Position numbers and translations under genes: made by a program. A DNA stretch of 64,000 nucleotides. It comes from an uncultured Alphaproteobacteria bacterium (lineage in GTDB: Bacteria; Pseudomonadota; Alphaproteobacteria; Rs-D84). The notes beneath the pieces were generated by a model. The model saw only the letters and a program-made list of their open reading frames with translations. It was not told the DNA's origin and did no database searches. The stretch covers positions 19,976 to 83,975 of the forward strand of contig CAMRWN010000002.1 of the NCBI GenBank assembly GCA_947054455.1, read 5' to 3'. This document shows positions 1-9,086 of this stretch, piece after piece. Position 1 is the stretch's first letter. Every line of letters starts with the position of its first letter.

Positions 1-55
1 CTGTCATGCAGAAAATGCAGTCCGGCGCGCCGGCTGGGAATAAATAATACGGCCT

Positions 56-727
56 TTGAAATCAGAAATGAAAATACTAAACAAGAAAATCGCCGCAAAG
101 AAATCGTCCGTCGCGTGGATACAGCGCCAGGCGGCGGACCCGTATGTGGCGCGTGCGCAAAAGGACGGGTATCGCGCGCGGGCGGCATACAAACTGATTG
201 AGATGAACGAGCGTTTTCATTTCCTGAAGAACGGCCAGGTGGTCGTTGATTTGGGCGCGGCGCCGGGGTCTTGGTCCCAGTATATTGCGCGTACATACCC
301 AAAATCCAAGATTTTTGCCATGGACCTGTTGGAGATTAAGCCGATTGTCGGCGTCGATTTCTATCAGGGGGATTTCACCACGGACGAGGCGCTGCGCTGG
401 CTGGAAGAAAAGCTGGGGATTGATGCGGACGCCCGCGGTCAGGGAACCGCCGATGTCATTGTGTCTGACATGGCGCCCAATACGGTCGGACACAAGAAAA
501 CCGATCATATCCGCCAGATGGTTCTGTTGGAATATGCGCTGGATTTTGCGCTGCGGGCGTTGAAACCCGGCGGGACGTTCGTCGCCAAATCCTTTACCGG
601 CGGCACCACGAACGAGCTGTTAAAACAAATCAAAGAAAATTTTGAATCCGTGCATCATATAAAACCCCCATCCTCGCGCAAGGACAGTGTTGAAATGTTC
701 ATTGTCGCGACGGGTTTTCGCGGTTGA
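56..727 (+). CDS. rlmE: 23S rRNA 2'-O-ribose methyltransferase RlmE/FtsJ
   Basis: 223-aa ORF with the SAM-binding motif DLGAAPGSWSQY and an FtsJ-type N-terminus (WIQRQAADPYV). Confidence 0.9.
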   Translation: MKSEMKILNKKIAAKKSSVAWIQRQAADPYVARAQKDGYRARAAYKLIEMNERFHFLKNGQVVVDLGAAPGSWSQYIARTYPKSKIFAMDLLEIKPIVGVDFYQGDFTTDEALRWLEEKLGIDADARGQGTADVIVSDMAPNTVGHKKTDHIRQMVLLEYALDFALRALKPGGTFVAKSFTGGTTNELLKQIKENFESVHHIKPPSSRKDSVEMFIVATGFRG

Positions 728-754
728 TGCGGATATGTTGACCAAATTGTGAAA

Positions 755-786
755 CATCCGCCGGTTTGGCGGATGCGTTTTTTTAT
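755..786 (+). terminator. Rho-independent terminator after rlmE
   Basis: catccgcc/ggcggatg 8-bp stem with a 5-nt loop, followed by a T-run. Confidence 0.7.
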
Positions 787-787
787 A

Positions 788-1747
788 TCAGAATACTTTT
801 TGCGTATTTTTTTTCAACAACATCAGCGAATCGTATTCAAGAAATCTGACGACCGATTCGATTATCTCCATCCTTAGTGCCGTGTCGGGTATTTGCTCCA
901 TTCTTTCTATCAGTTGGTGGAATAAAAAGACTGAATTTTTAGACAGGTTCCATGAATAATTCATAATGATGGTCCCGTTATCGTTCAGGTGGTTGCACAT
1001 CGGGGTAAATACGTTTTTACAAAAAGAGTCTATTGTTTGTATTGCCTGGGAAAACAGCACGGCTGCCCCCAGCACGTTCGACATATGTATTATGTCATAG
1101 TTTGTTTTCAGTCCTTTTGCTACTGTCGCCGCATCCGCCAGTTCAAAATCAATTTCATCCGGCAGGCGCTTTTTCAATTTGTTGAAATTTTCCTCTGATT
1201 GAATATATTCGATTTTATTTGGTTTGTATTTCAGGCTGGCTGTGCAAAAAAACGGCGCCGGCTGGAAAAAGTAATTTTGATTTTTCGATGTATAAAACTT
1301 TTCGGTAAATTCCCGGGCCAGCGGCGAAAGCCGGTCTTCGAACGGCGCCAGTATTTTTCGGCTGTCGTCAATTTCATCTTGCATCAATGCATAGAAAAAA
1401 TAAGTCGTGAACTGGCGGTATGACATATGGCGTATCAGGTCGAATTTCAACCGCATTACGCATTCCTGAAGTATGTTAAAGTCAAACAGGTCGACCCTGT
1501 GCGCCCCGTTTAGGTATGCGTCAAACGCATGGTCGCCGGAACCGCATACCGCCAGTATGTCTTTGCCGCGCGGCGGGATTGCATTATACGTGCCGGCCAG
1601 GTTTTCGGTGGAAAATAAAAATGCCGGCGTGTTGGTTGATATATGGTTATAACGCCAGCTTGTTGCCAGGTCTTCTATTGCTTGGTTCAGTTTTTCGGTT
1701 TTTTGTTTTATATTTTGTGCTGTCATGACAGCAATCATTTTGCACAA
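788..1747 (-). CDS. SAM-dependent methyltransferase-fold protein (DUF3419/BtaA-like, tentative)
   Basis: 319-aa ORF. The ILAVCGSGDHAFD...VDLFDFN core resembles DUF3419-type proteins, recognised from memory only. The gene is visibly more AT-rich than its neighbours. Confidence 0.4.
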   Translation of the reverse strand: MCKMIAVMTAQNIKQKTEKLNQAIEDLATSWRYNHISTNTPAFLFSTENLAGTYNAIPPRGKDILAVCGSGDHAFDAYLNGAHRVDLFDFNILQECVMRLKFDLIRHMSYRQFTTYFFYALMQDEIDDSRKILAPFEDRLSPLAREFTEKFYTSKNQNYFFQPAPFFCTASLKYKPNKIEYIQSEENFNKLKKRLPDEIDFELADAATVAKGLKTNYDIIHMSNVLGAAVLFSQAIQTIDSFCKNVFTPMCNHLNDNGTIIMNYSWNLSKNSVFLFHQLIERMEQIPDTALRMEIIESVVRFLEYDSLMLLKKNTQKVF

Positions 1748-1767
1748 AAATATAAAGTTGTCAATGT

Positions 1768-2229
1768 TTATTTAAGCTTTTCTGCTTCGCTGCGCGCCAA
1801 TGTGTCGCATATTTCGTTGAATTCTTCGCCGGCATGTCCCTTGACCCATACCCAGTGGATGTCCGTTTTTGCCGCCAGTTCATCCAACAGTACCCACAAG
1901 TCTTTGTTTTTTACCGGTTTTTTGTCCGCTGTGCGCCAATTGTTCCGTTTCCAGTTTTTCATCCACGACGTCATGCCGTTTTTTACATACTGGCTGTCGG
2001 TGTGGATTTCAACCGCATTGTGGCGTCGTGCGGCACTCAGCGCACGCAACACCGCCATCAGTTCCATGCGGTTGTTTGTGGTGTCGCATTCGCCGCCGGA
2101 ACGGCGCGCGGTATTTATTCCGTCTGTGGCCACAAATGCCCATCCGCCGGGGCCCGGGTTGCCCAGGCAACTGCCGTCTGTCCAAATTTTTAACATTTTT
2201 CTTAACCTGTTTTTGTGATATAATAACAT
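1768..2229 (-). CDS. rnhA: Ribonuclease HI
   Basis: Motifs DGSCLGNPGPGGW, TNNRMEL and HTDSQYV. The true start is probably the ATG at 2196 (MLKIWTDGS). Confidence 0.9.
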   Translation of the reverse strand: MLLYHKNRLRKMLKIWTDGSCLGNPGPGGWAFVATDGINTARRSGGECDTTNNRMELMAVLRALSAARRHNAVEIHTDSQYVKNGMTSWMKNWKRNNWRTADKKPVKNKDLWVLLDELAAKTDIHWVWVKGHAGEEFNEICDTLARSEAEKLK

Positions 2230-2232
2230 AAA

Positions 2233-4014
2233 ATGACCTACAATGCCAAAGATTTGAAAGAAATGTCAAACGCCGTGCGCACGGATGCGTTGCGTGCGAT
2301 ACTGTCCGCCCGCAGCGGGCATGTCGGAATCGTACTGGGTGCGGCGGATATTATAACAACCGTGTATGCAAATTTCCTGCGCCGCGGGGTGGACAAGTTT
2401 GTGCTGTCCGCCGGACACGGCAGCGCGCTGCTGTATGCCACGCTTAATCTGGCTGGATACGGGGCAGGCGATTTGAATGAGTTTCGCAAAATAGGCGGTT
2501 TGCCCGGGCATCCGGAATTCGGAATATCAGGTGTTGACGCGACGACCGGGCCGCTGGGCCAGGGTGTCGGAAACGCGGTGGGGCTGGCGCTGGCGGAAAA
2601 AATGAAGAAATCCGGCGGCCGTACATACTGTCTGTGTTCCGACGGCGACTTGATGGAGGGTGTAGCCCAAGAGGCGGTCGCATTTGCAGGCCGGTATCGT
2701 TTGGACAATCTGGTGCTGATGTGGGATGACAACGGAATCAGCATAGACGGCGTGGCGCAGACTGATTTTGATATTCCTGCGCGAATGCGTGCGGCGGACT
2801 GGCACGTTTTGTCGGTGGATGGAAACGATTCTTACGAGGTTAATCGTGCGCTGAAAGACGCGTCAAAATCCACGCGCCCCGTTTTTATTCAATGCAGGAC
2901 GAAAATCGGACTGGGGGCCAGCGTGGCCGGCACGCCGCGCGCGCACGGATACGGATTGGATGCGGATGAAATCGGCGAACTGATAAACAAACTGGCGTCT
3001 GCGCGCGGGGGTGAATTATGGCGCCAGGTACGCGAAGCATCACGCAATGTCGTTTTGTCGCGTCCGCGTTGCGATATGTCTGGTGTTCGCACGCCCGATG
3101 CGCCGGATATGATATCAACGCGTGAATTGTCCGGTCTGTTTATAAATGAAATGCTGCGCGCCGGCGTTCGGATTGTCGGGGGCAGTGCCGATTTGGGCGG
3201 CAGTACAAACGCCAAGGTTGCGTTGTCGCGGCCGATTGCGCCCGGCGATTTCAATGGCAATTATATTGACTATGGCGTGCGGGAACACGCGATGGGCGCA
3301 ATAATGAACGGATTGGCGGCGGCGGGGTTGCGGCCGTACGGTGCGACATTTTTGGTGTTCAGTGATTATATGCGTCCCGCGATGCGTATTTCCGCGTTGT
3401 CGGGGCTGCCGGTTGTGTATGTGTTCACGCACGACAGTGTCGCCGTCGGCGAAGACGGCCCCACGCATCAGCCGGTGGAACAGCTGCCCGGGCTGCGCAT
3501 GATTCCGGGAATGGATGTCTGGCGCCCCTGTAATATGGCAGAGGTTGCATTTGCCTGGCGCAGCGCGGTCGCGCTGGCGGGCGGGCCTTCGTGCATTGTT
3601 TTGTCGCGTCAAAAGGTCAGACAGATTCCAACGCCCGCGGATGCAGATATTGCCTGCGGCGGGTATGTTATACGTCCCGCCCGCGGCCGGCGCGTGCGCG
3701 CAACGATTGTCGCCACCGGGTCAGAGGTTTCTTTGGCTGCGGATATAGCGGACCGGCTGGGGGATGGCGTACAGGTTGTTTCAATGCCGTCTGTGGGCGC
3801 GTTTCGCGCACAGTCCGTGCAGTATAAACAGAAAATATTGCGCGGTACCGTCATTGCGATAGAGGCGGCCGCCACCGCGCCATGGTTTGAATTTGCAGAC
3901 GCGGTTGTCGGCATCGACAGATTTGGCCTGTCGGGGGCGGGTGATGCGGTTTATTCGGCGCTGGGGTTTGATGCTGATGCGATTGCGGCCGATTTGCGCA
4001 AAAAAATAAAATAG
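2233..4014 (+). CDS. tkt: Transketolase
   Basis: 593-aa ORF with a GH..G thiamine-diphosphate N-terminal region, the SDGDLMEGVAQEA motif, and pyrimidine-binding and C-terminal domains. Confidence 0.85.
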   Translation: MTYNAKDLKEMSNAVRTDALRAILSARSGHVGIVLGAADIITTVYANFLRRGVDKFVLSAGHGSALLYATLNLAGYGAGDLNEFRKIGGLPGHPEFGISGVDATTGPLGQGVGNAVGLALAEKMKKSGGRTYCLCSDGDLMEGVAQEAVAFAGRYRLDNLVLMWDDNGISIDGVAQTDFDIPARMRAADWHVLSVDGNDSYEVNRALKDASKSTRPVFIQCRTKIGLGASVAGTPRAHGYGLDADEIGELINKLASARGGELWRQVREASRNVVLSRPRCDMSGVRTPDAPDMISTRELSGLFINEMLRAGVRIVGGSADLGGSTNAKVALSRPIAPGDFNGNYIDYGVREHAMGAIMNGLAAAGLRPYGATFLVFSDYMRPAMRISALSGLPVVYVFTHDSVAVGEDGPTHQPVEQLPGLRMIPGMDVWRPCNMAEVAFAWRSAVALAGGPSCIVLSRQKVRQIPTPADADIACGGYVIRPARGRRVRATIVATGSEVSLAADIADRLGDGVQVVSMPSVGAFRAQSVQYKQKILRGTVIAIEAAATAPWFEFADAVVGIDRFGLSGAGDAVYSALGFDADAIAADLRKKIK

Positions 4015-4023
4015 TTTCGGAAT

Positions 4024-4731
4024 ATGTCTGAATATGTGTTTGTTTCATCTGTCGGCGAAGAGTTTCCCGTCATTATCACGACACGACGTGGGCTGCGCAA
4101 TATAACGCTGCGGCCGAAAACATCGCCTGTGCGTGAAATTCATATGTCAAAGCCGTGGCTGGTTCGGGATGCGGACGCACTGCGATTCCTGGAATCAAAA
4201 CGACGGTGGATAGAGCGAATATTTGCAAAAACGCCTGCAAAATCTGCGTTGGCGCCCGGCGATGAAATAGAATTTCTGGGGATGAATGTGGTTTTGCGTC
4301 ATGACGGGGCGCGGCGTTCTAATGAAATTATACGTCATGACGACGCGCATGCGACGCTGATAATCGGGGGCGGGGCTGATATGTTCGAACGGCGCGTCCG
4401 TGATTTTATCCGCACGGAATTCCTGTGCGCGGTAAAGCGGATTATAAAGACCGCGCCGCGTGAATTTCACCCGCAAAGAATTGCCATCCGCGACACGTCG
4501 TCGCGATGGGGCAGCTGCTCGTCCAGCGGCGCAATGTCTTTTTCGTGGCGGCTGGCGTTCGCGCCGACCGATGTCATGCGTTATGTCATTATGCATGAAT
4601 TGGCGCATGTGCGGCATATGAATCATTCCGCCGAATTTTGGGCAACAGTGTCTGAATTGTACGGTTTTGGTGTGGAACGCGCAAAACGCTGGTTGACGGT
4701 GCATGGCGGTGAATTGCATAGGTATTTTTAA
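4024..4731 (+). CDS. YgjP-like (DUF45/M48-related) zinc metallohydrolase
   Basis: 235-aa ORF with a C-terminal HELAHxxHxNHS motif (MHELAHVRHMNHSAEFW). Confidence 0.7.
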   Translation: MSEYVFVSSVGEEFPVIITTRRGLRNITLRPKTSPVREIHMSKPWLVRDADALRFLESKRRWIERIFAKTPAKSALAPGDEIEFLGMNVVLRHDGARRSNEIIRHDDAHATLIIGGGADMFERRVRDFIRTEFLCAVKRIIKTAPREFHPQRIAIRDTSSRWGSCSSSGAMSFSWRLAFAPTDVMRYVIMHELAHVRHMNHSAEFWATVSELYGFGVERAKRWLTVHGGELHRYF

Positions 4732-4909
4732 CGTAAAAAAGCTTGATTTTGCCTAAAAGACCGCTAAAATCAATACGTGTTTAATAATTTTGTTGTTTTT
4801 GCGGTTTTGCATCACGCCCATGCGGGCGAATGTTAGCGTTTACGATACACATATGATATAATATTGCATGAATATGCATAGGTTTTTGCGTAAAACATAG
4901 GAATAAAAA

Positions 4910-6211
4910 ATGGATTTGAAACCAACAAAACCGCTGTCCGGATTTATAGAACTGCTGCCCGCGCAGCAGCGCTGCTTCGATGAATGTGCTGGTCGCATGC
5001 TGGATGTGCTGCGTACGGCCGGATTCTCAAATTTGGATTTGCCCGCCATAGAACGGGCCGAGGTTCTGACCGACAAAGACAACTGGGACGAAATAGAAAC
5101 GCAGATGTTTTTGTTTAAAAAGGGCGATACAAAAATGGGGCTGCGCTATGACGGGACGGTCGGGTTGTCGCGTTATGTCGCGGGGCATTTGAATGATTTG
5201 ACATTCCCATTCCGCGCCAGCCAGTTTTCCAAACGTTATCGCGGCGAGCGCGCGCAGCGTGGCAGATATCGTGAATTTTATCAGATGGACATGGATATTA
5301 TGGGCATAAATTCGCTGTCTTCGAATTATGATGCCGAAATTATCTGTGTGATTCAACGTGCGCTGAATTCGGTTCGCGAATTTATTGGCGAAAACCGCGT
5401 TTTGGTCGGCAGTCGTCCGTTCTGGGATGCTCTTTTTGACTATTTGGAAATGTCTGACGCTCAGAAAAAATCTGTTTTTGTTTTAATTGATAAAAAAGAC
5501 AAAATGGGCGACGACGATTTTGCCGAAGGCCTGTCCGAGGCATTGTCTGACGCGGACAAGGAAAATAAAATTAAATCGGTCTTTACAGACGGTTATCAGA
5601 ATTTCTTAAACAAATCTGACAAGTTGGATTCCGCTGTTCGCGAATTGACTGATTTTATGAAAATATTGGATGAAATCGGTGTAAAAAACGCCGAAATCGA
5701 CCTGGCTATTACGCGCGGATTGGCATATTATACCGGTCTGGTGTTTGAATTTAAATTAATCGAACATCCCGAACTGGGGACGGCGGCTGGCGGCGGCCGT
5801 TATGCCGACCTGGCTGGCAAATTCAGCAAGACCAAGATAATAGGTGTTGGCGCGGCGATTGGTTTTTCGCGCATGTTTGTCGCATTGTTGGAAAGCGGGC
5901 AGATTGATTTGTCGCGTTTTGAAAATCCGATTGATGCAGCCGTTCTGGTCATGGGTGCGGCAAACACGGGGTATGCAATGCGTGTTTTGAATGCGCTGCG
6001 TGATGAAAATATCGTTGCTGTCGCGTACTTGGATGCCGACAAGAAATTCAAAAACCAAATTGAATACGCCGATAAAATCAAGGCAAAATACAGTATAATA
6101 ATTGGCGAAGATGAAGTAAAAAATCAGGCTTTGTCAGTTAAGAATATGACGACAGGACAGCAGTGTGCAATGTCTGTGGTCGATGCGGTAAAATTACTAA
6201 AGAACGTGTAA
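4910..6211 (+). CDS. hisS: Histidine--tRNA ligase
   Basis: 433-aa class II aaRS-like ORF (GLRYDGTV, RYREFYQ, GGGRYADL) with a C-terminal anticodon-binding-like domain. Confidence 0.8.
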   Translation: MDLKPTKPLSGFIELLPAQQRCFDECAGRMLDVLRTAGFSNLDLPAIERAEVLTDKDNWDEIETQMFLFKKGDTKMGLRYDGTVGLSRYVAGHLNDLTFPFRASQFSKRYRGERAQRGRYREFYQMDMDIMGINSLSSNYDAEIICVIQRALNSVREFIGENRVLVGSRPFWDALFDYLEMSDAQKKSVFVLIDKKDKMGDDDFAEGLSEALSDADKENKIKSVFTDGYQNFLNKSDKLDSAVRELTDFMKILDEIGVKNAEIDLAITRGLAYYTGLVFEFKLIEHPELGTAAGGGRYADLAGKFSKTKIIGVGAAIGFSRMFVALLESGQIDLSRFENPIDAAVLVMGAANTGYAMRVLNALRDENIVAVAYLDADKKFKNQIEYADKIKAKYSIIIGEDEVKNQALSVKNMTTGQQCAMSVVDAVKLLKNV

Positions 6212-6212
6212 A

Positions 6213-7277
6213 ATGATTATAGAACAGAAACTGAAAGATATTCAAAGCAGGGCCGCCGATATAGAGGCGCAGATGAATTCCGGTACAATTTCCGGCGAGG
6301 AGTTGACCAGACTGTCCAAGGAGTATTCAAGATTGTCGGAGATATTGCCACTGATATCGCAGTATTTTCAGATAGCACAGGGCATTGCCGACGCGACAGA
6401 GATGCAGCATGACCCAGAATTGCGCGCGCTGGCGTTGGAGCAGCTGAGCGAGTTGAATCACGCACTGCCGGATGTTGAACGCAGTTTGCAGATAGCGTTG
6501 CTGCCGCGCGATGATGCCGACGACAACAGTGTTATTATGGAAATCCGCGCAGGTGTCGGTGGCGAAGAATCCGCGCTGTTTGCCGGGGATTTGTTCAACC
6601 AGTATAAATCGTATGCCTTGCGCCAGGGCTGGAAGGTCGAGGTTATCGAAGAAAATGCAACGTCGTTGCGCGGCTACAAGGAAGTTGTCTTTAAAATAGA
6701 CGGCGCGGGTGCGTATGGCCGCATGAAGTTTGAATCCGGCATTCACCGTGTTCAGCGTGTTCCTGAAACCGAGGCGGGCGGCCGTATTCATACCAGTGCG
6801 GCATCGGTCGCAGTCATGCCCGAGGCCAAGGATATAGACGTTGTCATAGAAGACAAGGATATAAGAATCGACGTGTTTCGCGCGTCTGGTGCCGGCGGCC
6901 AGCACGTTAACAAAACCGACAGTGCAATCCGAATAACGCACTTTCCGTCGGGATTGGTCGTTACATGCCAGAATGAGCGCAGTCAGTTCCAGAACAAGGC
7001 GGCGGCAATGGCTGTTTTGCGTTCGAAACTGTATGAAAAGCAGCGTATGGAGCAGATGAATGCGTCAAATGCCTCGCGAAAGTCGATGGTTGGCTCCGGC
7101 GACCGCAGCGAAAAAATACGTACCTATAATTTCCCGGAGCAGCGCGTGACCGACCACAGAATAAAGCTGACACTGTACAAGTTGGATGATATTCTGGCCG
7201 GCGGCGGCGGGCTGGACGAAATGATTGACGCGCTGATTGCAGCCGATCAATTGGAAAGATTGACCAGTATGGAATAA
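6213..7277 (+). CDS. prfA: Peptide chain release factor 1
   Basis: GGQHVN motif and an RVQRVPETE (PxT-type) tripeptide region. Starts 2 nt after the hisS stop. Confidence 0.9.
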   Translation: MIIEQKLKDIQSRAADIEAQMNSGTISGEELTRLSKEYSRLSEILPLISQYFQIAQGIADATEMQHDPELRALALEQLSELNHALPDVERSLQIALLPRDDADDNSVIMEIRAGVGGEESALFAGDLFNQYKSYALRQGWKVEVIEENATSLRGYKEVVFKIDGAGAYGRMKFESGIHRVQRVPETEAGGRIHTSAASVAVMPEAKDIDVVIEDKDIRIDVFRASGAGGQHVNKTDSAIRITHFPSGLVVTCQNERSQFQNKAAAMAVLRSKLYEKQRMEQMNASNASRKSMVGSGDRSEKIRTYNFPEQRVTDHRIKLTLYKLDDILAGGGGLDEMIDALIAADQLERLTSME

Positions 7278-7284
7278 AAAATGC

Positions 7285-7314
7285 AACACCCGCGATTCTG
7301 GCGGGTGTTTTTAT
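7285..7314 (+). terminator. Rho-independent terminator after prfA
   Basis: aacacccgc/gcgggtgtt stem followed by a T-run. Confidence 0.7.
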
Positions 7315-7382
7315 TCTTAAAACAATATTTTTTTATGCTTTTCTATTGTATGACGGCATGTTTTTGATAATATATTGCCGAT

Positions 7383-7952
7383 ATGGATAAAGAATTAATG
7401 AATTTGTTGGATAGGCCGATTGTTATGGTCGGACTTATGGGGGCAGGTAAAACCAGCATAGGTCGTGCGTTGGCGCGGCGGCTGGGGGTGTCGTTTGTTG
7501 ACTCTGACAAGGAGATAGAAGCGGCGGCCGGATGCAGCGTGGTTGATATTTTTGCTATGTACGGCGAGGCGGAATTTCGCCGTGTGGAACAGCGTGTTAT
7601 TTCGCGGCTGCTGGATGCGCCCCCGGCGCGCAAAGTTGTATCTACGGGCGAGGGGGCTTTTATAACCCCGGCGGTGCGTGAAATGGCTATGTCGCGCGCG
7701 TTGACAATCTGGTTAAAGGCTGACTTGGAACTGCTTGTTAAAAGAACGAATTTTAGAAACACGCGTCCTCAGCTGCTAAATGCAGATAGTCGTCAGATTC
7801 TGGCCCAGCTGATACGTGAACGCTATGATATTTATGCGATGGCGGACATCACTGTCGAGACGCGTGATGAAAGCCTGCGTAAAACATTGGACAAGGTTGT
7901 GGGTGCAATTAAAAGCTATATAAAAAAAGGAGAAGAAAATGGCGAAAAGTAA
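7383..7952 (+). CDS. aroK: Shikimate kinase
   Basis: Walker A motif GLMGAGKTSIGRALA and the typical AroK length and architecture. Confidence 0.85.
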   Translation: MDKELMNLLDRPIVMVGLMGAGKTSIGRALARRLGVSFVDSDKEIEAAAGCSVVDIFAMYGEAEFRRVEQRVISRLLDAPPARKVVSTGEGAFITPAVREMAMSRALTIWLKADLELLVKRTNFRNTRPQLLNADSRQILAQLIRERYDIYAMADITVETRDESLRKTLDKVVGAIKSYIKKGEENGEK

Positions 7953-8496
7953 TCTGTTTAAAGAATTCCGCAGTTTTATTGAGCGCGGCAGCGCAATTGA
8001 TATGGCGGTCGGTATCATTGTCGGCAGTGTGATGACCAGTGTTGTTAATTCGCTGGTAAAGGATATCATTATGCCGCCGATAGGGTTGCTGATTGGCGGG
8101 GTAGATTTCTCGCAGTTGTTTATTGTTCTGGCCGGCGGCAAGGGGCAGCATTTCCCTACTGTCGAAGCGGCCCAGGCGGCCGGCGCGACAACGATGAATA
8201 TCGGCGTCTTTATGAATTCCGTGGTCAGTTTCTTGATTACTATGTTCGCCATATTCCTGTTTGTTCGCACTGTTAATAAAATGCGTTCGAAAAAGCCTGC
8301 GACAACACGCGCGTGCCCTTATTGTACCAGCGCTATTAATATTGCGGCAACAAAATGCCCGTATTGTTGTTCGGCGGTTAAACCCGTTGCACAGGAGGCT
8401 GTCGATACAGACAGTGATTTAAAGAAATCTTTGAAAGATTTAACGAAAAAGGCGACAGGGCAGATTTCGAAAATAAAAAAGATTTCAAAGCGTTAA
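7939..8496 (+). CDS. mscL: Large-conductance mechanosensitive channel MscL with a C-terminal CxxC..CxxC extension
   Basis: MscL N-terminus (FKEFRSFIERGSAIDMAVGIIVG..IIMPPIG) followed by an extra ~60 aa containing CPYC-x10-CPYCC. Overlaps the aroK end by 14 nt. Confidence 0.85.
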   Translation: MAKSNLFKEFRSFIERGSAIDMAVGIIVGSVMTSVVNSLVKDIIMPPIGLLIGGVDFSQLFIVLAGGKGQHFPTVEAAQAAGATTMNIGVFMNSVVSFLITMFAIFLFVRTVNKMRSKKPATTRACPYCTSAINIAATKCPYCCSAVKPVAQEAVDTDSDLKKSLKDLTKKATGQISKIKKISKR

Positions 8497-8526
8497 ATAC
8501 GATTAATAAGAATTTATTTTATGTTT

Positions 8527-8552
8527 AAACAGGTCGTATAGGCCTGTTTTTT
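8527..8552 (+). terminator. Rho-independent terminator after mscL
   Basis: aaacaggtc..ggcctgttt hairpin followed by a T-run. Confidence 0.6.
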
Positions 8553-8984
8553 AGTGGTGTGCAGGTGGGCGTGCGATATAGCCAGAAATCGGGCGCATTT
8601 GTATCGTATTTTTTTTTGTGTAAAGCGCGCAATAAAGGACGGGTATATATTCAGTATTTCCCGGATATTATTGTATTGTTTTTATAAAATAATTTATCAC
8701 TACGTTTGCGACGTTATGTATAGTTTTTTTGCGGGCGGGGGCTTGTTTAGATGATTTTATTGATGGGGTGTGAATGTGGTTTTTTGGGGTTTGGTTCGGG
8801 GTTAAATTGGTGCTGTAAATGATGTGTTGTGTAAATATTGGCTGGTTGGGTTGTTTTTGTTTGTTGTGGGGATGGGGGGGCTTTTTTTATACTTCTCGGG
8901 GCGGTGTTCCGGTTTGGGGTTGTGTGTTTGGATTTTTTTTGATGAAAAACTGGTGAAAAAATATCGTAAGGGTGGTATATCAAA

Positions 8985-9012
8985 AAGGCGCATAATTTAT
9001 ATTATGTATAGT
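8985..9012. other. dif-like XerC/D site (attL, host-type XerC arm)
   Basis: AAGGCGCATAA-TTTATA-TTATGTATAGT matches 21 of 28 positions of E. coli dif as I recall it (GGTGCGCATAATGTATATTATGTTAAAT). Confidence 0.8.
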
Positions 9013-9086
9013 TTACAAAGTGTGCCCTATCGGGTTAATATTTGATTTTACGATATAAATCGCAAAACCGACTTTATACAGATATA

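Noticed and set aside
6780-6800. RF1 tripeptide region reads PET rather than the PAT/PVT I remember best.
   Set aside because: The motif is defined as PxT with a variable middle residue, so it is probably normal.
8747-8983. 78-aa minus-strand ORF (and the 63/73-aa ORFs) inside the G+T-rich tract.
   Set aside because: The translation is low-complexity (P/T/K/N/H-rich), dictated by extreme strand composition. There is no SD and it overlaps other equally poor ORFs.
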